From positions 3,096,587 to 3,160,586 of the forward strand of contig CM120648.1 in NCBI GenBank assembly GCA_051362555.1: 64,000 nucleotides of DNA. Reading direction: 5' to 3'. Shown here piece by piece: positions 13,060 to 31,110 of this stretch. The position numbers and the translations under genes were made by a program. The DNA is from Lingula anatina. Its lineage: Eukaryota; Animalia; Brachiopoda. The notes beneath the pieces were generated by a model. The model saw only the letters and a program-made list of their open reading frames with translations, ran no database searches and had not been told where the DNA came from. Numbering within the stretch: position 1 is the first letter of the stretch; each line of letters starts with the position of its first letter.

Positions 13060-16000
13060 TCAATCTATTCCCTTCTTCAGGTCACTAGAGGACACGGAGG
13101 ACCCACCAGCGACACTGGCCGATGGTTTGTCCTCCAGTGACCTCAGCGAGGACTTGGAGCCTCTGAGTGAGCCAGAGCCATACTGCTGCGCCTTCTTACT
13201 GTCCATCCTCTGGAGCTTCTCAATGGTGGACAGATTCGGGAGGACGGGGAGATCGTCGTCTGCGTTCAGAATTTGTAGTTCTGGAAATGGAATTGTAAAA
13301 GATGTGTTTTAACGCAGTATTTAAAAACAAGTAATTGGTGGTGTTACTGGTAATCTGTTTTATTCTATAGATGGCATTACTGGTATTTGTGGCCTCACCT
13401 TCATCTGCCATCTCCCACACCTCTCTGTCAGCTGCATTATCTCTGATCTCCTGCAGGACCTCCCCTAGGTTGACAAACTTGGCCTTGGACCTGAAGATGA
13501 AGTATATAATACATTTATAGTTACCACATTATAAATCCAGCATTTAAATTAAATGGTTTGCTGGGTACCATATTGTATGATGTAGTCAGCCTGTGATCCT
13601 ACAGTGAAAACAATGTTTTGTCCATGCAAAGCAATAAATTCACAAGTTTTCAATTCTAATGCTTGGCCTGTAGCTTGCAACTTCAAAGGGGGGGGGGGGG
13701 GGTGAGTCTCTTTCTGAAAATGTGGACCTCTTACCATCTTTTTTTTTTAACCCACAAGGATACAAGGACTGTTCCTCTGACAGAATAATATGAAACTTTT
13801 CTTTTAGAGAACAAAATTATACTCACTTGAGGACTTTATCTTCCAACATACAGAATATAATCTTGGCCACCACCTTCTGTAAGATTGGGTCTTTAGTTTT
13901 GCCATACAATGTAAGAGAGTCTTTCAGGGAGGCCTGGTCTAGAAGCAACTCGCATGTCTGGAATGACCAAAAGTAAATAAATAAATAAATGTAAGCATTA
14001 ACTTATTAGATAATTCCATTCAAATGTGATGTTAAAGTGCGATGAGATAGATATGCTATCACATTGACTTGAAGAATATGTCAGATGTGCTCTTTTTGAA
14101 CACATCGACTTAAAGATTGTGATAGGTGAGCTCTCTCAACAATCACATTAACTTAAAGATTGTGTTAGCTGTGCCTCATGATTGTATTGCAGTTACCTCG
14201 GCATTTTCAGCAAAGTAGAGCAGTATCTTCCCTGCCAGGAGGTACAGCTTCTCATCCACTGTAGTTCTGGGTAAGCCAAGCAGGATTTCTATCAACTCAT
14301 GCTGGAAGAGATATAATGAGAAATACCCATCTAATTTTTATCAGTATTCCCATGTGTTTGGTAAAACCAGTGAACCTGGGTATATCAGACCAAAGGTGGG
14401 CATTTGAGTCACCTTTCTGCATTTCAGCTTTTCAAGAGTGCTACAAGATTTGATATCTGATCTCCCGTCAGCTTTATGTTGTTATTGTGCAAATTCTGTA
14501 CCTACATGTAGCTCATAAACACACACTTTACAAAGCTTTAAATTTTTATTTTACATTCTGCAAGAAAGGGCAACCAGAAAAGCATGGCATACAAATAAAA
14601 AAGATAATTGATATCTCCCACATGGCTCACCTGTGCACAGATCATGTCTGAGCTCTCTATAGCCAGGAGTTCCAGTGTCTGCAGAGCATATCTCTGTGTC
14701 TCTGGGTCAGTACTCCTGCACAGCTCTATCAGGGCTTTTCCTGGAAATAGAAATACCATTACTTCTGCACAGTTTTATCAGGGCTTTTCCTGGAAATAGA
14801 AATACCATTACTTCTGCACAGTTTTATCAGGGCTGAGAGAGCGAGAGAGAGAGAGAGGACAGGACTGATCAATGTGTTAAACATGAAGAGAATGAAGCAT
14901 AAATAAATAAGTGATTCAGTAATCCCAGTACCTGGAGTATTCATGGCTGCCATCTGTCCCCTGATTTCTGTGGTAAAAGCCAGCTCCAGTAATATTCCTG
15001 CTACAGTTCTCTGACAGCTTATGGTGCCATCTCTGGCTGCACGGGCCAGGTCTTCTAGGCTTGAATGGAAAATAATAATAATAATATGAAAAGGGGTTTT
15101 CATTGGATTTAGATAAGATGATAAAATGGAGAAATTCTTGACTCTGAGGCTTCATAATTAATAATCAATTGACAAAGACTTTTTACTTGTTTTAACAAAA
15201 TTTATTTACCTTGAGAACTATTCACTTGTGCAACCTGAAAAACCTAAATGCAACTATATTTAAATGTGGTAATAGATTAAAGAAAATACTATAAATGAGT
15301 TTGTTTGTAGAATGATATGGCATAGAGAGAGAGGGAGAGAGAGAGAGAGAGAGACAGACTCACCCGTGATCTGACACCACAGCAGTCTTGTTCTCCTCAG
15401 AGTCAGACACAATCTGGTAGAGGACCTGTGCTGCTTCCTCCACCAGCCTGGGGTCTGGGGACAGCAGCAGAGTGGACATGTTCTGGACACCTCCTATCTC
15501 TACATACCGATCCTGGAATTAACACAAATTAACAGAAACTGATTTAGGACTGACAAAATTAACACAAATGAACAGTCACTTGTTTAGGACAGACAAAATT
15601 GATAACTTGGTAAAAAAGCTTAGAATTTACACTGTTTACACGTTGGGAAAACAGATTTTTTAGGGGAGGTAATGCATAATCCACAGTGTGGTCAACTTCA
15701 GAGCATAAGAACAACAGCAATCCCTTAATAAAACATAGATATCTGATTTTAATACATGAAGATAATAATAAAGCATGACCCTATTACCTGTATAGCTGGC
15801 ACAGTAAGCAGTTCTGCCAGAGCCTCCACAGCATGTTCCTGTGTGGCTTCATCTCTGGACAGGGACAGGGTATTCAGGATCTCCAACCTACAATATAATA
15901 ATAATAATAATAATACTGATAATGATACTGAGATATAGATCATACATCGTTTTTTTATATATTATATGGTTAACAATATTGTCAAAAGCAAAAGTCTCAA

Positions 16001-16407
16001 AGCTCAAAGTAAATCTGGCTTCACTTGGAACTCAGACATGTAAATATGACACCCAGAAATGCACCAAAAGAATGACACACTTCTACTCTTGCTATAAAAA
16101 ACACAGTTCTGATTTGACTGTACAGGGACACCTACCCTCCTTCTGCTACGATTCTGAACTTGTTATCATCGCCCGCGGCAGCCAGGGTGGCCAACTCAAA
16201 GGCCGCTATCCTTTTCTCCTTCAGTCTGGAAAACAGAGCATGCTTCATTATAACTGATTCCATTCAAACCAGGGAATATAAATCTGTTTGGCAACATGCT
16301 ACATTATACCGAGAATAGATCAATATTACAGAAGTGCTCATTTTCATTTTCTACATTCTTTTGATTTTAAAATGTAATTTTTTTTTCATAACACTATATC
16401 TACAAAA

Positions 16408-16468
<61 letters not shown>

Positions 16469-18666
16469 TGTATCAACTTTTATTTAAAAAAAATTGAAGA
16501 CAAAAATATTCTTCATCATTTAGAATACTCCACACCATAACCACTGCTATAAATTATAAAGCTTTAATAGGCTTCCTCCCAAAACTTAAGGAAACAAAAA
16601 CGAAAGAAAACACTTACTTTCCCTGTTTAGCAGTCAGCAGAAGTTTTTCAATGTCTCTCGTCTTCACCAGCTCTGCCTCTATGTAGTCTCCCACCTGAAC
16701 CCTGAAGTTCCAGATCCCCAACACCCACATGATGGCGCTGGAGACAAGAAGAGCCACCGCCTGGCAGCAGTAGTAGATGATGGAGAATATCACAGAGTGA
16801 CTGCAGTCTCCCACAAACTCAAAGTTGGGGCAGCCATGATTCTGAAAAGGTCAAGGTGAAGGTCAAATAAGGTCACTGGTCCAGGAGTTATGATCTGCTT
16901 AAGTTTATCACAGATTACCAATTCGCATTGGTATTTTTATGGAAAAAAATTCCTCTATATGATTAAAATGCAGGTAAGTAATTGAAAAGCCTGTTAGCTT
17001 ATAAGTTATTTGAGATAAATCATATTTTAATGCTTACACTTATTTTGACTATTTCCAGATAAGCTAGATAGATGGCAGCACCCATGTTCAGCAAAGACAG
17101 TACACCATACACAAAACAGAAGACATGTTTGCTGCAAAAATATTCATGAAGATAATAAATATCACAAATTCATGTGGCAAGTAAAAAAATTACATCTTTA
17201 AATTCCTAACCGGTCAGGGGGAAATGCACCCTGAGCTTCAGAGATAACTTGACACCTACCTCTTCACTATAGCCTATCTTCATCGTGTCAAGTTACCTCT
17301 GACCACATTCGATTGCCCCCGCCGCCCGCCAATCAAATTTAAATCCCGCACTCAATGACTCATTGAACGATCTAGCCAATGAACGCGAACGAGTCAAAGC
17401 GCGCTTTGTTCAAATCCGGACCAATCAAAGATAAGGCTGAATATCAGGGACTTGCCGTAACCTGTGGGCAGCACGCAAAATACATCATCCCTCAGTAGAT
17501 AATGATGCAGGGCCTCAAACTGCTCTGGTTTTAATTTCGATATACTCATATTTTGCAAAGAATCAAGAGATAACTTAACACATTATTTTTCGTAGTCACT
17601 CGTAGGAGACGCCATGCTTTCTTTGTGTACGGTTATGCACTCGGAACTACTCGGATGTCTCCGCACTCGACAATAACTTTGTTGTTAGTATGGAGCTTGC
17701 GGAATCAGCCGAGGATTACCGATTGACGGTCAACCAATCAGCGTTTTCACCAAACTTTGGTGAAAAATTTTGAAACTTGGATTCGATTGGCTTATATAAA
17801 CTAGGTCAAACTATTTTCGTCAGAGGTAACTTGACACGATGAAGATAGGCTATAGTGAAGAGGTAGGTGTCAAGTTATCTCTGAAGCTCAGGGTGGGGGA
17901 AATGTGACTTTCCAACAGATTTAATAATTATGAAGGGTGTTAATTCTTTAGCAATGAAAAACCACAACTGGTTACTATAATCTCTAAATCATAAAAGGGT
18001 TTTAATTATATCACTTCATTATTGTCAACATCTTCTCAAGGGGTAAAAACACCAGTCTAGTAAATAAGATTTTAAACAAACTTTAATTTTTTTTTTTTTT
18101 TTTGTTTTTATCCCGGTTATCACTCACTGTGCGTATGCGTACACTCCACCCACAAAGCCACTGGTCCTGGTGTAGGTAGGACATAAGAAGGCAGCATACA
18201 GGAAAACCAACCCTGTCCAGAACCCAGAATACCAGTAGGTGGTCAGAAACCCAAGGCAAAACCCCATGAAGTGCAGATACAACAGACCCTGATATATGAA
18301 TAAAAGACCAAGAAATATTTAAGTGAAAAGAAATGATAATTGAAAATGTTTAAAATGAGGTAACATTAAATAAATTGTCCTCTGGATTTCTGTTCAAATT
18401 TTTTTTTTCAGACTTAAACAATATTTCTCTAATTTTTTGCTTCTACTTAACATCTGAACTTCTGCTTTACCTTGAAATCAAAAAGCAGTTTTTCTCTCCT
18501 GTCAAACACCCGTATTTCTCTCAGCAATGCCCTCTTAACATCCTCTACCTGACCTTGACCCAAATCCTGGGAATTTCCCACCACTGATCGTATGTCTGGG
18601 AATGACTGAGAAAGAAAAATGAAATAATAATAATAACACAAAAGATAAAATAAAAATATAAATATA

Positions 18667-18699
<33 letters not shown>

Positions 18700-19631
18700 C
18701 TTTAAAAAACTGGGGCATATATATTGAGCCAAACAAGAAACTGTAGCAGTATTTAATAAACTTGGAGGAAAAATTTTAATCAGTATGACTTAGATTTTAC
18801 AGCAAAAAAGGAATAAAACTGATGTAATGTATGGAAATGAATTCTTTAATTAACTGCAATTTATCATTATATTCATTAAAGTAAAAGTTAATTTCTGCTC
18901 ACTATATAAAATATTGATGGAGGTAATGAAATAGCATTAAAATTTTTATCTGTTCTACCTGATCCAATCTTTTCGAAAGAGGGACCATCTTAATGATGGC
19001 ATTATCAATGATCTTGTAGTCCTCCACAGTGTAGGCATCTCGCAAATATTCTCCCTTGTAACGCAGACGAAACTGGTGGTCCTCACGGCCCAGCTCATAC
19101 AGAATGTGCAGCAGGTGGGCACGCACTCGTGCTATTGTGTCATTGGGCTGGGCTAAGACCACAAATGTCTTATGCTGAAAGTGAATTAAATGTCACAAAT
19201 GATTTGGAAAAGTGGGCAAATTGTGAAAACCATACAGTGTAGTCTCTTAAAATTTAGTCTCAAAATCTAATGGAAACATTTCCTGGGACAGCTAATGCTT
19301 TCTATCTGGAATGGTTCTGAATATCAAAATAACCCTTTTAATCATCTGCTTTGAACTGTACCCTTTCCATTCCAAGGCCTGGCTATACTGAAGTTATAAT
19401 TACAGCTCACTGTTAGTGGATATGGCAACTTACACCGCTGAGCCACACTCGAAAATTCAGACATTTCTCGCCCATTCTAACATAAAGCTAAGACTGAAAA
19501 TCACATGAAACATAAAAAGCGTGGAAAGGTGTTCATTATTCTAACTCCATGTTTCTAATTTGTATGAAATAGCACCCGATTTACATTAAAATACTCACTG
19601 GAAAGGCCCGACTTTCCACATACAACAACAT
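13060..19631 (-). CDS. Uncharacterised protein with ubiquitin-like domain, ~4 TM helices and armadillo repeats; 15 exons, ~662 aa
   Basis: Exons (minus strand): 19631-19599, 19174-18959, 18605-18471, 18288-18128, 17131-17038, 16841-16618, 16225-16136, 15887-15788, 15512-15364, 15059-14932, 14740-14631, 14301-14197, 13957-13827, 13490-13399, 13280-13060. All are GT-AG with consistent phases, totalling 1989 nt without internal stops. UBL-like segment: TFVVLAQPNDTIARVR...QFRLRYKGEYLRDAYTVEDYKIIDNAIIKMV. ARM-like segment: DDNKFRIVAEGGLEILNTLSLSRDEATQEHAVEALAELL. Confidence 0.88.
17227..17895. mobile_element. Mutator-like MITE in intron 4 of the UBL-TM-ARM gene
   Basis: ~77 bp TIRs (CACCCTGAGCTTCAGAGATAACTTGACACC... 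/ ...GGTGTCAAGTTATCTCTGAAGCTCAGGGTG) flanked by a 9 bp TSD GGGGAAATG (17218-17226 and 17896-17904). Confidence 0.9.
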
Positions 19632-19784
19632 TCTTCTTCCTTGGATTTGTGTCAATACGCAAAGCTTGCTGACGTCATCAGTTTTCGTGTCGAGAAAATA
19701 CGAGACTTTCCACCATATTGGAAGATTTGACCGGTCGTGGAATCATAACACTTTAATATTTTGGTCGATATACGGAAAACTAAA
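19632..19784. promoter_or_regulatory. Bidirectional promoter region between the UBL-TM-ARM gene and PSMC2, with a CRE palindrome TGACGTCA at 19670-19677
   Basis: The divergent ATGs are only 153 bp apart. The TGCTGACGTCAT motif is seen directly. Confidence 0.7.
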
Positions 19785-24739
<4,955 letters not shown>

Positions 24740-26858
24740 GTTAAAGGAGATATGACGTCTGTGTGTGCGTGTAATGTTAAAATATCCACCTGAGACAGTA
24801 AGTTCAAGGTCATGCTGTAGAAGGTGTTGTTTTGATGCTGTTTCACATTGCCGAACTAGGCACTTTCTCAATATCTTCGAGCAAAAAAGGTTGCAACTTT
24901 GCGTCCATAGGACAGACAAGAATTGCCTGAGAAGATGTGCTTTAAAATCGTGGTCAGTATTGTGACCAAGTCGGCCATCACATGGTCGAAAAGTGAAGCA
25001 AAGATAAATATTAAATGTGTCAACAGGCTGGGATACCGTTTATTTGCCAAGCGACATAAAAATAACATGGAAATATGCAGCTGGAAATATGCGGCACACC
25101 GTCATTTAATACCAGCTGTGCTAATGTGAAAATAAAGATGTTTAATGTTATGTTGTTGTTAACTGTTAAAGACAGACAACTTCTTATCAGACTGTTACTT
25201 TAAAATCATACACTCATTTCAATATAAATGGATGTGAAACCTCATAAACCCAGTTACATATATATAACACGCGAGGCACGGCCCACAAAATGTCTGTACT
25301 CCAACAGCCGCTGTCTTATGTGATAAAGATCTAACAGTCCAGCATTTTCTGTTGTTATAATTTCTTTCCGTACCAATTTTTGATACGAAATGATTCAATC
25401 TCACAACAGATCGTATATACTGACTTGAAGTGGAAGTAATAAAACACCTGCAAGTTGTAATAGAGATTCGACTAAGAGTATCAGTTACGATGAGAGTTGT
25501 GCCAGCACTTTGTTTAAACTCAATTATGATATTTAACAACATGATCTTACCTATACTTCCCGATGTTGCTCTAGTTTTCCACCAAATCCCATTAATGTAT
25601 ACCTGCATTTTGCAACGCAATATGGGATTAATAACTGGATAAAGAAAAACAATACTTAAGCATAGTACACTGTTTGACAGAAGGATACCAGTTCAGCACA
25701 GCGGTAAGTAGGCACAGGTGTTAAGATCTATTTAAGCCTTAAAGTTTAATCCGTATTTTGTTTATTTCTTCAAGATATCGTATTTGAATGCTTGTTTGTA
25801 TTACCGATCGAATACATTCACAGAAAAGTGGGTGCTGGCGCAAAACCCAAAATGCATCAATTCGAATGAGACATCTCCCTCTTCTTAAGCATTTTTTATT
25901 AAGAGTATCTAAAGTATATATTTGAAAGAAGGGAACATTTTCTTTGACCAATAACGGTAACCTACAGTTGTTGCCAAAAAGGATCCAAACTTTGCCTTAA
26001 TGGCAGTTCGTAAGAACAGACCAGAGTGAATGTGCCTCAATGTTGTGGTCAGTATTCTGGGCATATTAGCTGTCATGTAGTCGAAGTGTGTGTGTGTGTG
26101 TGTGTGTGTGCGTGTGTTTACATGTGTGTGTGCAGTGAGCAAAGACATGTTGGATGTGCCAACAGGCTGGGGTAGCCTGTTTATTTGTCGCGTTGCATCT
26201 ATATAACAGATGTCATTATGCAGCTAGAAACATAATTTAATACCGGATATGTTCACTATGAAAATAAAACTTTGTTCAATACTATGTCTCCGTTATTGAA
26301 ATGTTTCCAAAAGCTCACCAAACCTACCACCCCACCAACCACAACAACGTATGAAAAAGAGGTCAATGCACTGAGTTTGTCCTAAACAACAAAAATCAAA
26401 AGGAAGAATCGGGTCGTGTCCAGTTTTGATGTTGGCCCGGATTTCAGAACCAAGGCTTTTCTCCGTGGCATCTCAAAATTAGTTAATCTAAGGAAGACTT
26501 TGTGATACGCTCGAAATGGGCATGGGACTCATTCCAGTCAAAACGATCGGTCTATATGCAGGTCGATTCAACTCTGTGGAGACTCTCGCTGAATGCATTC
26601 AGTTTTAGAGATTAACACGTCCCCTTTAGCTTCAGCCGTACTCGTGTAATCACCAGTTATTCTGCATTCTACTCTATGCTAGGAGGCCTTTCATTCATAA
26701 AGCTGATGGCGCTTGGCTTCAGTTTTTGATCGATCTACATAGACCAACATCGGCTTTGGTAATGAGCCTGAATTTTACCTGATTACCTTGAAAATGAACT
26801 GGTGATGATTATTTTTCGAAAATTGTAGGATAGGATTATCTGGCTGAATGCATCCACG

Positions 26859-27924
26859 ATGGGATTTCTCGTGAGAGAATACATTGTTGCTGTCATATTC
26901 GTTCTACAATGGCAGACGCGTCTGGAAAAAATAGAACGGCGCTGTCTACCTGATACATGTTTTTATAGGTTCAAACTTGGAAGGACAGGTACGTTGCGCC
27001 ATCTTTATAAATGTACCACGTTTATCACGCCATCTGTAGACTTTACACATTTCACTAAGGAATTGTTCAATTTACAAAGTGCAAAATGTCTCAATGCTCT
27101 TTGCCTTATATAGTGATTACAATACGAAATAAAATAAAGAAATTGCTTTTATAATTGTACCTTTTTTTATAGTAATCTCACTGTCTGTGAAGTTGAAAAT
27201 TCAATATGTGGCTGATACATGATTCTTGGCCAGTGACCTAGATAATCATATCACGTGAATGCCTTTAACATACATGTACTATAATACTATATGGACATTG
27301 GTTGGTACATACATTACGATTTCTTTGGTGTCAATGCAACTGCAGGAGAGGCGCGAAACACTAGGATCGTGTTTTTGAATAGTCTTGCCCAAGTAGCACA
27401 CTATCTTTATTCTTATCATTTCAGCGCAGTCCTTGAATGGAGCGACTGCATTGAGTGCTATTTGGTTGGTGTGCGATAGATCATTCCCGGCGCTCCATAC
27501 TATAAAACTTAAAGCCGACCCTCGGAAATCCGTTCAGTGGATTGATTTCCAGACTTGTGATCCCATCAGTGAGGGGTATCCGATTGGTTCCCGTACGAAG
27601 ACTATGCACTACCCGGGACCCCCTGAAGGCGCAGTGGTTACCGACCTCCAGTTTATGTGTTCTGACGGCACACTGCTCGAGGCTCAAGATGCATATAAAG
27701 CAATTGGTGCCTGGGGCAACTGGGAATATTGTCCTCCAAATTGCCATATCTGTGGAATGGAGACTGAAACGTGGACTTTCTCTGACCTCAGTCTCACTAC
27801 TTTTACCAGTGTTGCTGCCAGGTGCTGCCCGAACTTATTCCTCCGACACGAGTGCATAATATATTATAATGACCATATTTCACAGACTACAGACTGTAGC
27901 CGGTTAGTAGGTGATTCAAGGTGA
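26859..27924 (+). CDS. Vitelline membrane outer layer protein 1 (VMO1)-like, copy 1, 2 coding exons, ~209 aa
   Basis: Exons 26859-26988 and 27425-27924 join in frame. VMO-I-type motifs: TALSAIWLVC, VVTDLQFMCSDG, GAWGNWEYCPPNCHICGMET, TSVAARCC. Hydrophobic N-terminus. Confidence 0.7.
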
Positions 27925-28084
27925 ATGGTAGTTGCTAATCAGATTGTACGTAAATTTCAAATTTTAAAACGTTTTTTTTTTCAGTGGGTTTGTAAGGAAT
28001 CACAGTATCTACCCTTTTTCTTGTACAGATTTGACATTAATGGATTTTGTTTCAAAACGATTTCCATTCAATGCTTTTTATTAT

Positions 28085-28720
28085 CAATGACGTAAAATGG
28101 AGTACTCAAGTGGATCACATATATAAAAAAGCATGTGCAAAACTCTATTTCCTCTGTCAACTGAAGCGAGCCAAGCTCAGCCCTGCTGACTTAATTCAAG
28201 TTTACCAAAGTATTGTGGGCTCAATTCTAGAATATGCCTACCATGTGTGGCATTCAGGACTAACTACAGAGCCATGCAAACTTTCAGAGTGTCCAAAGTC
28301 GTGCTTTGAAGATTATCTTCCCTGACCTACACTATGATGAAGCCCTGAACCTGGCAAATATGTGTACTTTAGACAAACGAAGGGAAGATCTGTGCAAAAC
28401 TTTCTTTTACAAAATAGCTAAACCCTCTGACAAACTGAATCACATTTAAACTGAGCAATCCAATCGTCTTTTAAGAACAAAAAATAGATACAAAGTGCCA
28501 AAATTTAAACCGATTGATTCCGATGTTTTTTTATGCCATATGCACTTTTACATTTCCAATAGCTAAATGTTGTCTTTTGTCCTAAGAACAGTGATTTTTA
28601 AGTTCAAGTAGCAGTCTTTAAACTCGGGTTCACTCAAACATATAACATTTTATTATCATTATAATGTTCTTAACATTCTATGTACAACTTCAACCCACTG
28701 GGTTGCAATCTTAATAAATT
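28085..28720 (+). mobile_element. 5'-truncated, decayed CR1/L2-group LINE 3' fragment
   Basis: DVKWSTQVDHIYKKACAKLYFLCQLKRAKL...YQSIVGSILEYAYHVWH is a post-RT region motif. Frameshifts and stops are present, and the fragment ends near AATAAA. Confidence 0.8.
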
Positions 28721-28819
28721 CACTTTGGCTCAAATTCACTGCTACACCACACTACTTTACATATGATTAAGCTCATGGTGGTGTGTGAAAATCCTGTTGT
28801 AACAAGCGAAAGGGCAAGT

Positions 28820-31110
28820 TAATAATAATAATAATAATAATAATTTATTTTTCTATGGCGCATTCCATTAAAAATCTCAATGCGCCTTACAACATTCACT
28901 TAAAAGAGCTAAATAACACAATACTAGTATAAGAACACATTACAATTTTAAAGGACTAAGAACTAATTTAAAGAACCAATTTTTTTCATATTCTAAAATG
29001 ATAAGAAAGTGACACCATTTAAAATTAATCATAAAATTACAGTACACCTTATTAAAAACTAAAATTAACTATATGATAGTTACTGATAGGCTATTCTAAA
29101 AATATGAGTCTTCAAAAGCTTTTTTAAAGTATCTATGTCACCTGCTGCTCGTATTTCAGAGGGTAAGGTGTTCCAAACTTTGGGTGCATATATCATAAAT
29201 GCCCTTTCACCGTAAAATTTACCAGCTTTTTTCTCAAAGACACTGTGTTCTAAAAGTAAATGACTAAAAGTTGAAGACCTGGTAACTCTTCCATGCTGAT
29301 GTTGCTTCATAAGTTCTGAGATATAAAGTGGTTTATTCTCAGTGACTTCTTTAAAAATGATACATAAAATTTTAAATAAAATTCTCTCTCTTACTGGAAG
29401 CCAGTGAAGTTCCATCAAAACAGGTGTTATATGCTCTCGGCTGTTCCATCCCATTTTAGTTACCAGCCTAGCTGCAGAATTTTGAATTAATTGAAGTTTG
29501 TTCAGATGATTTTTGCCTAAACCATATAAGAGACTGTTGCAATAATCAAGCTTAGAAGTAATGAAAGCATGGACTAGTTTTTCAGTTGAAGTTTTGTCCA
29601 GTAAGTCAAGTATCTTACTAATTCGCCAAAGTGAGTATGATGCCGATTTGCAAATTTCAGAGATCCGTCTATCCATAGTTGCATACTGATCAAAGGTGAC
29701 ACCTAAATCTTTCACATAGCTAGATGGATTGATGTTGACACCACCGATACAAATATCAGATTTTATTGCATTTCCACTGTCTGACTTAGACCTTGATGTA
29801 AACCATATTAGTTCAGTTTTTCCATCATTTAGTGCTAGCATGTTTGTTTTCATCCAATTCCGGATCTCAACTAGACAAGTTTCTATTGAGGTGATAGCCA
29901 TGGAGCGATTACTTTCACTTGTGACAAAAATTTGAGTGTCATCAGCAAAAATGACAGTGTTAAGACCATGTTTAACTATAATGTCTTCTATTGGTAGCAT
30001 ATACAATGAGAAGAGCAATGGGCCTAGCACAGACCCCTGAGGGACACCATACTCTAAAATTGTGGGCTCTGATAGCAACGACTCAATTGACACCTTTTGT
30101 GTTCGATCTTTTAGATATGAGGTTAACCAATTAAGTGCTAAATCATTTACTCCAAATCGGTACTGTAGTCTGTGCAGAAGTCTGTTGTGGTCAATGGTGT
30201 CGAATGCAGCAGACAGATCTAAAAGGACTAAAATAACATCTTTTTGTTTGTCTAAGGAAAGCATGATGTCATTATGAACCCTTAAGAGAGCTGTTTCTGT
30301 GCTATGTCCTTCTCAATAAGCTGATTGAAACTTGCCATATAGACTGTTATGAGCTAGATACATGTAGTTATTCAGTTGTATACATGTCATTTTCTCAAGA
30401 AACTTCCCTAAGAAGGGCAAGTTTGATATTGGTCGATAATTTTTTAAACACTTCTTTGCACAGGCCTTGTTTTTTTAACAAGGGTCTAACAATTGCTGTT
30501 TTGCAGTTGGATGGGAAGATGCCTGTTGTAAAAGAGAGATTCACTATCTTTAAAATAACTGGGGCCAGAACAGTAATGCACTCTTTGATAATATGTGTTG
30601 GCACAGGATCTAAGGCAGAAGATTTAGAATTCATGCTTTTCATTAATGCTAAAACATCTTCTTCTGATACAGGTGAAAATTCAGTCAATACTGCATGAGT
30701 ACAGGTAACTGGGGTTTCTGAGATTTCTACAGAAGAATAAGAAACAAGATCATTTCGAATGCTCTTGATCTTATCTGTAAAGTAGTTTGAAAAAAGTTGA
30801 GGGAGCTCTGAAATTTCCATGTCTGGGAGGACATTCAGTTGAGATGATTTTGATTCCGATATTTGGTCCACGATCTTGAAAAGTGTTTTCTGATCAGCAG
30901 ATTCAATACGGTGATATTCTTTCTTGTGTGCCAAGTTGATGGCAGTTGTTTCTTCAATGCTGTTCCACATCGCATCTGAATTGATTGATCAATCAACAGA
31001 AAAGAACTGTAAAATTTCCTTGAATAATAATGGTAAAGATTCCACTGTGTTTAATACAAAACAGTGTCATTGCTTTCTAATTACTGGTTGCGGTAAGGAG
31101 CTTAAAAAGT
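28820..31110 (-). mobile_element. 5'-truncated L2/CR1-group LINE, reverse transcriptase pseudogene
   Basis: ORF 29080-30264 has LLDLSAAFDTIDH, GVPQGSVLGPLLF and FADDTQ. Upstream ORF 30395-30970 (SSALDPVPT, KTAIVRPLLKK) is separated by a frameshift and an in-frame TGA at 30313-30315. (TTA)n 3' tail at 28820-28845. Confidence 0.93.
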
